IMG/VR virus record: IMGVR_UViG_3300010033_000003
Coordinates: 1 to 37,744 of that record
Source: a virus
Length of the DNA stretch: 37,744 bases
Strand: one strand, 5' to 3'
Positions 15,308 through 21,846 of the stretch are shown piece after piece. Made by a program: the position numbers and the translations under genes. The notes below the pieces were generated by a model. It saw only the letters and a program-made list of their open reading frames with translations, was not told the DNA's origin and ran no database searches. How positions within the stretch are numbered: the stretch's first letter is position 1; each line of letters starts with the position of its first letter.

Positions 15308-15330
15308 GCACAGTTTCGAGGGTTCTGTGC
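15308..15330 (+). promoter_or_regulatory. Hairpin C (related loop)
   Basis: Stem GCACAG/CTGTGC, loop TTTCGAGGGTT. 25 nt upstream of the ATG at 15356. Confidence 0.4.
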
Positions 15331-15355
15331 AAATTTAAATCAAAAACGAAATAGA

Positions 15356-15709
15356 ATGAGAGATGTTATAAAGAATATAATAAAGAAAAAAATTTCTGAG
15401 CTAGAAGAAAAAGGTAGAAAATGCATTTTGCCGTTAGAGATGAAATTTCCTATAAAATTCAACAATAAAGAATATGAACTGACAATTCCTTTTAAGGGTA
15501 AGAATAACAAAAAACCAAAAATTTTGGAAATAATCAAATACAAAGGAATTAAAGGTTGTGTTATTTATTCAAAAGAAGATGAAATATTTCACGGTAAAAT
15601 ACTAGATACAAGACATCTTTTTTTATATGAAGGCAAAACCAGAGAAGAATTAAAAAAGAATTTTGAAGATATGGTCTTAATGTTCATTGAAGACAAAATA
15701 AAAGACTAA
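15356..15709 (+). CDS. HicB-family antitoxin-like protein, with an N-terminal extension and no DNA-binding tail
   Basis: YKGIKGCVIYSKEDEIFHGKILDTRHLFLYEGKTREELKKNFEDMVLMFIED matches the HicB-family signature YKGY.G.V....ED..FHG.I......I.FEG.T..EL...F...VD.YL. No HicA-like ORF is nearby. Confidence 0.65.
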   Translation: MRDVIKNIIKKKISELEEKGRKCILPLEMKFPIKFNNKEYELTIPFKGKNNKKPKILEIIKYKGIKGCVIYSKEDEIFHGKILDTRHLFLYEGKTREELKKNFEDMVLMFIEDKIKD

Positions 15710-15713
15710 TTTC

Positions 15714-15744
15714 TTTGCAGATTAAAAAATAATTACTATCATTG
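15714..15744 (+). promoter_or_regulatory. Near-consensus promoter
   Basis: TTTG-N19-TATCATTG, with one mismatch. Confidence 0.4.
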
Positions 15745-15784
15745 CATAGGACATATACATAGAGACTACGTTTTTGACATTCGA

Positions 15785-15822
15785 GAGCCAGATCCAAATT
15801 TTTGCGGTCTGGTTCTTTTTTT
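15785..15822 (+). terminator. Rho-independent terminator immediately upstream of terS
   Basis: GAGCCAGATC-N11-GGTCTGGTTC (with G-U pairs) followed by TTTTTTT. Confidence 0.65.
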
Positions 15823-15851
15823 GTATATTGATTAAAACAAACACAGCAAAC

Positions 15852-16448
15852 ATGGATAAGAATACAGAAAAGGAGTATGAAGACAGATTACAAATAGCGT
15901 TTTCACTCGTTGAAGATTTAAAAGATAAGGTAGAAGGTTTACAGACTCAAAAAGTAGCGCCGATTTGGGAGAATACGAAAATGGAGTTTGATAAAGACGG
16001 AAAAGTAAAGAAAAACCCAGGTGGAAGACCAAGAGCGTTTGAGAATCCAAAAGTACTTTGGGAAAAAGCAGTAGAGTATTTCCAGTGGTGTGATGAAAAC
16101 CCATACTTTAAAAATGAACTCGTTAAAGGTGGTAAGATGGCAGGAAAACTCATTTCTGTACCAACTGTAAGACCTTACACTTTAGGAGGGCTCTGCACCT
16201 TCATGAGTACTGGTACAAGCACTCTACACGACTACGAGAATAGAGAAGGCTTTGAAGAGTATTCGGAAATCATAAAGCGTATTAAGGAAATTATTAGGAC
16301 CCAAAAGTTTGAAGGTGCATCGATTGGCGCGTTTAATCCAAACATTATAGCTCAAGATTTAGGGCTTGCAAATAAGATCGAACACAAAGGTGAAGTAAAA
16401 ACAACTGAAAGTATAATTATCTACGCAGGTGAGGAAATAAAAATTTGA
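15852..16448 (+). CDS. terS: Terminase small subunit
   Basis: From MDKNTEK. GGRPRAFENPKVLWEKAVEYFQWC, then RPYTLGGLCTFMSTGTSTLHDYE...FEEYSEIIKRIK. This is the pattern of HTH-type small terminases. Confidence 0.65.
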   Translation: MDKNTEKEYEDRLQIAFSLVEDLKDKVEGLQTQKVAPIWENTKMEFDKDGKVKKNPGGRPRAFENPKVLWEKAVEYFQWCDENPYFKNELVKGGKMAGKLISVPTVRPYTLGGLCTFMSTGTSTLHDYENREGFEEYSEIIKRIKEIIRTQKFEGASIGAFNPNIIAQDLGLANKIEHKGEVKTTESIIIYAGEEIKI

Positions 16449-16547
16449 TTCAAAACGATTTCCATGCTGTGGGGGTGGTCTTTAGGGGCTGCCCTTTACT
16501 TTGTATCAGAATGAAAAGAAAGTCGCTTAGAAGCGATAAAAAGCATG

Positions 16548-16582
16548 AAAAAAGCAGCACGTTGATTTGGCGTGCTGCTTTT
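16548..16582. terminator. Bidirectional terminator between convergent terS and the leftward early block
   Basis: A6-AGCAGCACG-N9-CGTGCTGCT-TTT. Confidence 0.7.
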
Positions 16583-16603
16583 GGTTGATGGAAAAGTGAA
16601 AAA

Positions 16604-17329
16604 TTACTTGATCCATGCTTGTTTTGCTTGTACTAAAGCTTCTAAAGTACTAACATCTTTATATTCTTTAATTGTAAAGATAAGTTCCCTTATAATCTCA
16701 ACAGCTAGATCACTTTTTAAGATCTCTAATATAATCTTATTTTCCTCTTGGTTAACTATTTCTAGCTTTAATCTGTGAGCTTCTTCGGTTTTACCTTCTG
16801 CATAAAGTCTACCAAGTTTTTCATATTTTTCAGAATTAAGTCTAGAAAAAGTTTTTTTAACAACATCCTTATTAGACACTTCTTCATTAGATGTAAAATC
16901 AAGTACTTCTTTAATAGGATAATTCTTACAGATATAAGAGGCTAATCTTATTTGCCTCATTGTTGATATTTTTTTAAACATTTTATTAATAGTTCCATCA
17001 CTTAGATTATGAATTCTTTCAATAGATGCTGGGTTATGACCAAGAGGTGATAATACATATGAAAGATTAAATCTCATTTTTGATAACTGTTTTTCCGAAT
17101 AATCTTCTATAGTTCTGTTGTTAAATTCAGGATCAAGCTCGTCATTTATATACTGAACTATGACGAATCTACTTAAAGACCCAATTTCATAATCTTCATT
17201 AATGTATCTACTAACAAGAGTACTGCTTAAACCAATTTTTTTACTTACAGAAACTAAAGTTTCATTACCAATCTTTGCTCTTAATAGCTTTGAAATTTCG
17301 TCTTTCGACATTTTGTAGCTTGCTTTCAT
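16604..17329 (-). CDS. Putative transcriptional regulator with two HTH-like segments (241 aa)
   Basis: LVSVSKKIGLSSTLVSRYIN, and a second segment IERIHNLSDGTINKMFKK. Last gene of the leftward block. Confidence 0.5.
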   Translation of the reverse strand: MKASYKMSKDEISKLLRAKIGNETLVSVSKKIGLSSTLVSRYINEDYEIGSLSRFVIVQYINDELDPEFNNRTIEDYSEKQLSKMRFNLSYVLSPLGHNPASIERIHNLSDGTINKMFKKISTMRQIRLASYICKNYPIKEVLDFTSNEEVSNKDVVKKTFSRLNSEKYEKLGRLYAEGKTEEAHRLKLEIVNQEENKIILEILKSDLAVEIIRELIFTIKEYKDVSTLEALVQAKQAWIK

Positions 17330-17355
17330 GTTTTTATTTTTAAAATTATTAATAT

Positions 17356-17736
17356 TTATTTTTTACTTCTCTTAGGTTGAAATGCCATTTGTTCTTTCCA
17401 CCAGTCTTCTGTACTTTGTTCAGGTATTTCCTTTTTCTTACTCTTATTATACCCAATAAAGACTTGTTTCTCACACTTGACATACACTTTTGATTTTTCA
17501 CCTGCAATAATACAAGTAACAATAACATCAGGATTTTCAACTTCTTTCAATGTGGCTTCAATTTTTACTTTTTCTCCGTAAAATCTAGCCTCCCAAATAT
17601 GTTTTCTTTTACTCTCTTGTTCAACTGCAAGTAAATAGTTTGTTCTATCACTCAAAAAGAAATAAGCCGCTCTAATTGGTTCACTTTCGCAAACGTTCCA
17701 CTTGTCTATTGTTCTAAATCTTAATATTTTTTTCAT
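17356..17736 (-). CDS. Hypothetical early protein (126 aa)
   Basis: Clean ORF downstream of the promoter at 17760-17791. Confidence 0.6.
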   Translation of the reverse strand: MKKILRFRTIDKWNVCESEPIRAAYFFLSDRTNYLLAVEQESKRKHIWEARFYGEKVKIEATLKEVENPDVIVTCIIAGEKSKVYVKCEKQVFIGYNKSKKKEIPEQSTEDWWKEQMAFQPKRSKK

Positions 17737-17759
17737 GATGTATGAATTTGATTACACCA

Positions 17760-17791
17760 CTAATATAGAAACAATATTTAAAAAAATCAAA
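17760..17791 (-). promoter_or_regulatory. Early promoter (family member)
   Basis: Minus strand: TTTG-N20-TATATTAG, then the leader TGGTGTAATCAAATT. Confidence 0.5.
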
Positions 17792-17823
17792 CAAAAATGT
17801 TTATAAATATCGAGGAAAGTAAG

Positions 17824-17858
17824 CAAAAAATAATACCGTCATTATTAGTGACGGTATT
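17824..17858 (-). terminator. Rho-independent terminator (leftward)
   Basis: 10-bp stem AATACCGTCA/TGACGGTATT with a 7-nt loop, followed on the minus strand by TTTTTTG. Confidence 0.65.
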
Positions 17859-17879
17859 GGTTGTGTTTGGCGGTTAAAA

Positions 17880-18011
17880 TTAATCTTCTAAATATCTCAC
17901 TGAATGGTTTAAATTCTTACACATCTTCTTGTGATCATTAAAATTGTAAGGGAGTGGTATGTATCTTTTGCAATATGGACATACTCTGTAATTGTTTCTT
18001 TTTGGCTTCAT
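17880..18011 (-). CDS. Candidate 43-aa zinc-ribbon-like ORF
   Basis: MKPKRNNYRVCPYCKRYIPLPYNFNDHKKMCKNLNHSVRYLED (CxxC...HxxxC). Absent from the track. It fills the gap between YopX and the terminator. Confidence 0.4.
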   Translation of the reverse strand: MKPKRNNYRVCPYCKRYIPLPYNFNDHKKMCKNLNHSVRYLED

Positions 18012-18023
18012 ATGTTTTTTATG

Positions 18024-18431
18024 CTATGCCTTTCGGCGGTTGTTTATAAAATCGTAAATATCTCCAATTATTTTGTAATTAAATTTATGATATTCATGAA
18101 GCGAAATATATTTAGGAAGACGACCTCTACCTTTAATTCTTTTCAACACAATAGAACCTTCATGCCAACACACTACTCTAATTACTTCTTTGTCTGTTCC
18201 GTAATTGTTAGAACACACATCACCAATAAATACTTTTTCTCCAAACATTTCGTATCCTGTATATTGACAAACTGTATTCGGATCTACTTCTATTCCTGTG
18301 TAAAATCCAGTAGGGGTAATAATGTGTTTGCCTGTCTCAAAAATCCTACAATTAATTCCTGAATCAATAATAGATCCGTATAGCCATTCGTTATGACTAG
18401 CCCTTCGTGCTTTGAATAATATTTCTTTCAT
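18024..18431 (-). CDS. YopX-family protein
   Basis: Overall pattern MKEILFKARR...EWLYG...CQYTG...D..GKEIF.GD plus the C-terminal IIGDIYD, typical of YopX. Confidence 0.6.
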   Translation of the reverse strand: MKEILFKARRASHNEWLYGSIIDSGINCRIFETGKHIITPTGFYTGIEVDPNTVCQYTGYEMFGEKVFIGDVCSNNYGTDKEVIRVVCWHEGSIVLKRIKGRGRLPKYISLHEYHKFNYKIIGDIYDFINNRRKA

Positions 18432-18498
18432 TTTATTTGTTTTTAGTTAGACATGTTGTAAATATACAAAACTATTTATATATATCGAGGAAAATAAA

Positions 18499-18536
18499 CA
18501 AAAAAGCTGATATCGATTTAACGACATCAGCTTTTA
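18499..18536 (-). terminator. Rho-independent terminator (leftward)
   Basis: AGCTGAT.TCG-N6-CGA.ATCAGCT with one mismatch. There is a T tract on the minus strand. Confidence 0.6.
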
Positions 18537-18552
18537 AATAGGTTTTTAAGCT

Positions 18553-19005
18553 TTACGCTTTACACATCGGCTTTGATGGACGTATTTTTTTGCCTTCATG
18601 ATCAAGATTGAATAGTTTGTGATACCACTTTCTTGAACGTTCTTTATTCCAACTGTTACGCAAAGTACTACAATTGTCTACTAGACGCGAGTTTTGTTCC
18701 TCTAGCTTTGCTTTTTCATCTTGTAGATAATCGACAAGAGTTTTAGATTCCTTTTTGTGCTTGTCAAAAGCTTCCTTTATCTCTTGTACCTTTATAGAAT
18801 CTTTTTGAGTTTTCTCTATTAAAAACTTGTTGTCAACTTCTAGCTGAGTTTTTTTGTCCGATAGATCATTAAAGTTCTTTTGTAGTGACTTATGCCACGC
18901 TTCAAGATTGTTGTATTTTTCTTGAAGAATCTCGTTAGACTTTTCAATATTCTGAGCTACTTTAATAACGTGAGCTTTTGTTTTGCAATTTTCAAATTTT
19001 GACAT
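18553..19005 (-). CDS. Coiled-coil early protein (150 aa)
   Basis: Heptad-rich K/E/L/Q sequence with a basic C-terminus. Confidence 0.6.
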   Translation of the reverse strand: MSKFENCKTKAHVIKVAQNIEKSNEILQEKYNNLEAWHKSLQKNFNDLSDKKTQLEVDNKFLIEKTQKDSIKVQEIKEAFDKHKKESKTLVDYLQDEKAKLEEQNSRLVDNCSTLRNSWNKERSRKWYHKLFNLDHEGKKIRPSKPMCKA

Positions 19006-19049
19006 TGTAATTATTTATTTAATTAGACATTGGTGAAATGAATCACCGA

Positions 19050-19271
19050 TTAAGATAATTTTAAATGATTGAAGGTTTCGCAATGCTTTTTTGCATCCTC
19101 AAGATCATTGAAAAAAAGATTCTCTTCTCTTGAATCGAAACGCGTATAATCTTTAGCGTGATTAGCTGTAAGATAATACATATCTTTTCTAGCGCTGTAA
19201 AATATACGGAATAAAACGTTTTTACTTTTACCTTCGAAATGGGATAACCCAATAGATTTAAATCTGATCAT
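19050..19271 (-). CDS. Hypothetical early protein (73 aa)
   Basis: The start MIRFK at 19271 overlaps the upstream stop (ATGA). Confidence 0.55.
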   Translation of the reverse strand: MIRFKSIGLSHFEGKSKNVLFRIFYSARKDMYYLTANHAKDYTRFDSREENLFFNDLEDAKKHCETFNHLKLS

Positions 19272-19447
19272 AGTTTTACATTGTTTTTGTACCAATCTTC
19301 AAATTGGTCCATATTTGATTCATAAAAAAGGCATTTTGAACACGGGATATCAAAACAATTATCGTTATTGGCTAAACAATACGCTCTTTGTATCATATCT
19401 ATTTCGTGCTTTTTGCCTGGATATTTCAAACTTTTATACTTATGCAT
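19268..19447 (-). CDS. Candidate 59-aa Cys-rich ORF
   Basis: MHKYKSLKYPGKKHEIDMIQRAYCLANNDNCFDIPCSKCLFYESNMDQFEDWYKNNVKL. Directly downstream of promoter 19471-19502. Absent from the track. Confidence 0.45.
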   Translation of the reverse strand: MHKYKSLKYPGKKHEIDMIQRAYCLANNDNCFDIPCSKCLFYESNMDQFEDWYKNNVKL

Positions 19448-19470
19448 ATCAAACGTTTTTGATTACACTG

Positions 19471-19502
19471 CTAATGTATACACAATATATGTAAAAAGCA
19501 AA
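19471..19502 (-). promoter_or_regulatory. Early promoter (family member)
   Basis: Minus strand: TTTG-N20-TACATTAG, then the leader CAGTGTAATCAAAAA. Confidence 0.5.
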
Positions 19503-19511
19503 TAAAATTAT

Positions 19512-19541
19512 AAAAAAAACACCCCTATCGAAATAGAGGTG
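19512..19541 (-). terminator. Rho-independent terminator (leftward)
   Basis: Minus strand: CACCTCTAT-TTCG-ATAGGGGTG followed by T8. Confidence 0.65.
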
Positions 19542-19548
19542 ATTTAAT

Positions 19549-19863
19549 TTAAACTTTCCAGTCTTCAAAGACTTCTTCTTTTTGTGGTGTTTCGTCGAAA
19601 GGTCTTAATACTTCAACATAGATTTCCCGCATTTTAAGCGGCTTATTTTTATAACTATGTTTAAACTGAACCATATCGATAACACCAGTGAAGGGGCAAA
19701 GTAAAACGTTATTGTATGAATGTTTTCCGTTAACAATTACATTGCATCGGTAAATAGTTTTTTCACCGTTGTATTTGTAATTTGGGCTAAATGATACTAC
19801 CAAGCCCGTTTGATCTGTTCTTTCGTCTTCTGGTAGTTGAAAACGGTCGTTATCGCTACTCAT
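19549..19863 (-). CDS. Hypothetical early protein (104 aa)
   Basis: The start MSSDNDR at 19863 overlaps the upstream stop by 1 nt. Confidence 0.55.
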   Translation of the reverse strand: MSSDNDRFQLPEDERTDQTGLVVSFSPNYKYNGEKTIYRCNVIVNGKHSYNNVLLCPFTGVIDMVQFKHSYKNKPLKMREIYVEVLRPFDETPQKEEVFEDWKV

Positions 19864-20084
19864 TAGAATAAGTGAATTATAAGACAACCTATTGCGGCAC
19901 AACCTCCAATTATTATAGCTGCAAGGGCTATAGGATCCATTTTTTTCGCACTAACTCTACACATTCTTATAATTGAATTGTGAGCTTTCACGGTGTCCTT
20001 GATTAATTTCTTATCGTAGCGGTTTAGCTTGTAGTTTTCCTTCTCTTGAAGGATGCTTTCTACTTGTTGTATTGTCTTGTTCAT
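19863..20084 (-). CDS. Small tail-anchored membrane protein (73 aa)
   Basis: C-terminal hydrophobic segment IALAAIIIGGCAAIGCLIIHLF. Confidence 0.55.
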   Translation of the reverse strand: MNKTIQQVESILQEKENYKLNRYDKKLIKDTVKAHNSIIRMCRVSAKKMDPIALAAIIIGGCAAIGCLIIHLF

Positions 20085-20632
20085 TACACTAGGTCTTTAA
20101 GAATTGAATTTGGTTTATTAATTGGTGCAAATGCAAAATCGATTGTGAAGCCGTTTTCATCTGCTACTTGACGACCGAAAATATTTCCAATATGCTCAGC
20201 GCAAAAGAAAACTTCATAGGTTAAAAAGGCTGCTGAGCCTTTTGGGTTTGACACCTTACAAACTGCAAACTTTCTCAAGTAGTCTTTGTTTGGAGAATGT
20301 ACACCTTGTTGTTTGCATATTTCAACAATAATTTTTTGCAAACTCATTAAGATTTTTTCGTCCAAATCTTCAATTGTGTTTTTAATACTAGGTAATTGAC
20401 CTTTTGACAGATGATAATTGTAAACTTTTTCAATTTCTTTTCTCACTGCTGAAGGTCGGTTTGATTTTCTATTCAAAACAAGATTCATTTCTTCCTCTAA
20501 TTTTTCAAGTGACCAATCATGTACTTCATCTGTGTTACTGTGTTTTGGTCTTTTAGTTGGAAAATTTTGAAATTCAAGATCTTTAAGCTTTTTAAATTCA
20601 AAATTAATTTCGTTGTTTTCATTTACTACCAT
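20084..20632 (-). CDS. Hypothetical early protein (182 aa)
   Basis: Clean ORF with overlapping start and stop junctions on both sides. Confidence 0.6.
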   Translation of the reverse strand: MVVNENNEINFEFKKLKDLEFQNFPTKRPKHSNTDEVHDWSLEKLEEEMNLVLNRKSNRPSAVRKEIEKVYNYHLSKGQLPSIKNTIEDLDEKILMSLQKIIVEICKQQGVHSPNKDYLRKFAVCKVSNPKGSAAFLTYEVFFCAEHIGNIFGRQVADENGFTIDFAFAPINKPNSILKDLV

Positions 20633-21099
20633 ACTTTAATCCTCCTTTTAGCTAATCGGTTAAAAAATTCATAGTTGTATCCTGCATCCTTTACCCATGC
20701 TTTTAGGCGGTGCATGAATGCAGTTTTGTTAAGCTTTGGAAATAGATTGCAATACTCTTCGTAAACGTCTTTAACCAAAACTTTAACGTTTTTAACGTTT
20801 TCGAATACATTTTCAAAGAAAATCATTTCTTTATTTACTAGCAACAATTGTTCGTATTGCTCTTTAGTAATTGGATCAATTGAATGTATTCCTTCGGTAA
20901 CTTCGTTGATATCCACTAAAGGACGTACACCTTTTTGATCAGACATAGCCTTTTGACAGGTGTTTTTAATACTCCACTTGATAGTTTCAATATCATAGTA
21001 TTTTCCTGTATCAAGGGAAATGATTCTACTTTTAAAATAGTTAGAACCTGCATACTGCTTTGACGCAATATCTTTTACTTTGTCTACAATCGTAATCAT
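20626..21099 (-). CDS. Hypothetical early protein (157 aa), first gene of the leftward block
   Basis: Clean ORF downstream of promoter 21129-21159. Confidence 0.6.
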   Translation of the reverse strand: MITIVDKVKDIASKQYAGSNYFKSRIISLDTGKYYDIETIKWSIKNTCQKAMSDQKGVRPLVDINEVTEGIHSIDPITKEQYEQLLLVNKEMIFFENVFENVKNVKVLVKDVYEEYCNLFPKLNKTAFMHRLKAWVKDAGYNYEFFNRLAKRRIKVW

Positions 21100-21128
21100 A
21101 TTTTTGTTTTTTATAATTATTTACACCA

Positions 21129-21159
21129 CTAAAGTATACATTAAGAATGTAAAAAGCAA
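21129..21159 (-). promoter_or_regulatory. Early promoter (family member)
   Basis: Minus strand: TTG-N20-TACTTTAG, then the leader TGGTGTAAATAA. Confidence 0.5.
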
Positions 21160-21233
21160 TTAAAACATATACAAAATGATTTTTGATACCAAATATTTTT
21201 GTATATGCACTAAATTTTGATTAATTTATAGTT

Positions 21234-21845
21234 ATGGCACTCGGATATATATTGAGACAAGATATTGAAACGCATCTTTCCGACACAACTTTGGACGAGT
21301 TGACAGGAGGAAAGAAAGCAATTGGCACAAATCCAGCAGTTCAAGGAACTGATAGAATTTGGCAAGCTTTAGTAAGTCCATCCATGGAAAAAATGCTAGG
21401 TTATACTAGACATTGGTACAATATGGATGTAGAGGTAAGAGGTTTTGTGGAATATTCCAATACTGCAACTTACGTAGTAAACCAAAGGGTTGCATCTACA
21501 GAAGACAGCAACGGAAATAGGCGTTTATTTCGTGCAAAAGTTGCCGTTCCTGCGGGCACTCCATTGGCAGAAAACGAGTTTTTTGCAGAAGAAGACGACC
21601 GAAATAGCGTACTAGTTGAGATAGTCGTTATTTTGATCATTTATTCACTTTCAAGACGTTTGAACCCTCGTCAAATCCCTGAACAAAGGCAAATAGACTA
21701 TGACAATGCAATGAAAATGTTGCGCGATATCCAAATGGGTAAAATGCAATTAAAGATTGCTGAAAGGACGAACGTAGCCGACGACGATCCAGGTCAAGAA
21801 GTTGCATTTGGAGAATTTGAAGATCTAACATTAGATGATTATTAA
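21234..21845 (+). CDS. Head-associated protein, possibly Mu gp36/DUF1320-like
   Basis: First late gene, upstream of the portal. The N-terminus MALGYILRQDIETHLSDTTLDELTGG and the YDNAMKMLRDIQMGK segment resemble DUF1320. Weak call. Confidence 0.35.
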   Translation: MALGYILRQDIETHLSDTTLDELTGGKKAIGTNPAVQGTDRIWQALVSPSMEKMLGYTRHWYNMDVEVRGFVEYSNTATYVVNQRVASTEDSNGNRRLFRAKVAVPAGTPLAENEFFAEEDDRNSVLVEIVVILIIYSLSRRLNPRQIPEQRQIDYDNAMKMLRDIQMGKMQLKIAERTNVADDDPGQEVAFGEFEDLTLDDY

Positions 21846-21846
21846 G

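Noticed and set aside
15774-15851. N-terminal extension of terS in the ORF track (MTFESQIQIFAVWFFFCILIKTNTAN)
   Set aside because: The extension is translated through a hairpin-plus-T7 terminator. The conserved small-terminase sequence begins at the ATG at 15852.
16449-16547. Tiny ORFs after terS (MLWGWSLGAALYFVSE, and MKRKSLRSDKKHEKSSTLIWRAAFG)
   Set aside because: They are very short with no start context, and the second runs through the bidirectional terminator stem.
17931-18362. 143-aa plus-strand ORF
   Set aside because: It lies opposite the YopX gene and the 43-aa zinc-ribbon ORF in a uniformly leftward block. Its F/I/Y-rich composition is typical of an antisense frame, and no plus-strand promoter is present.
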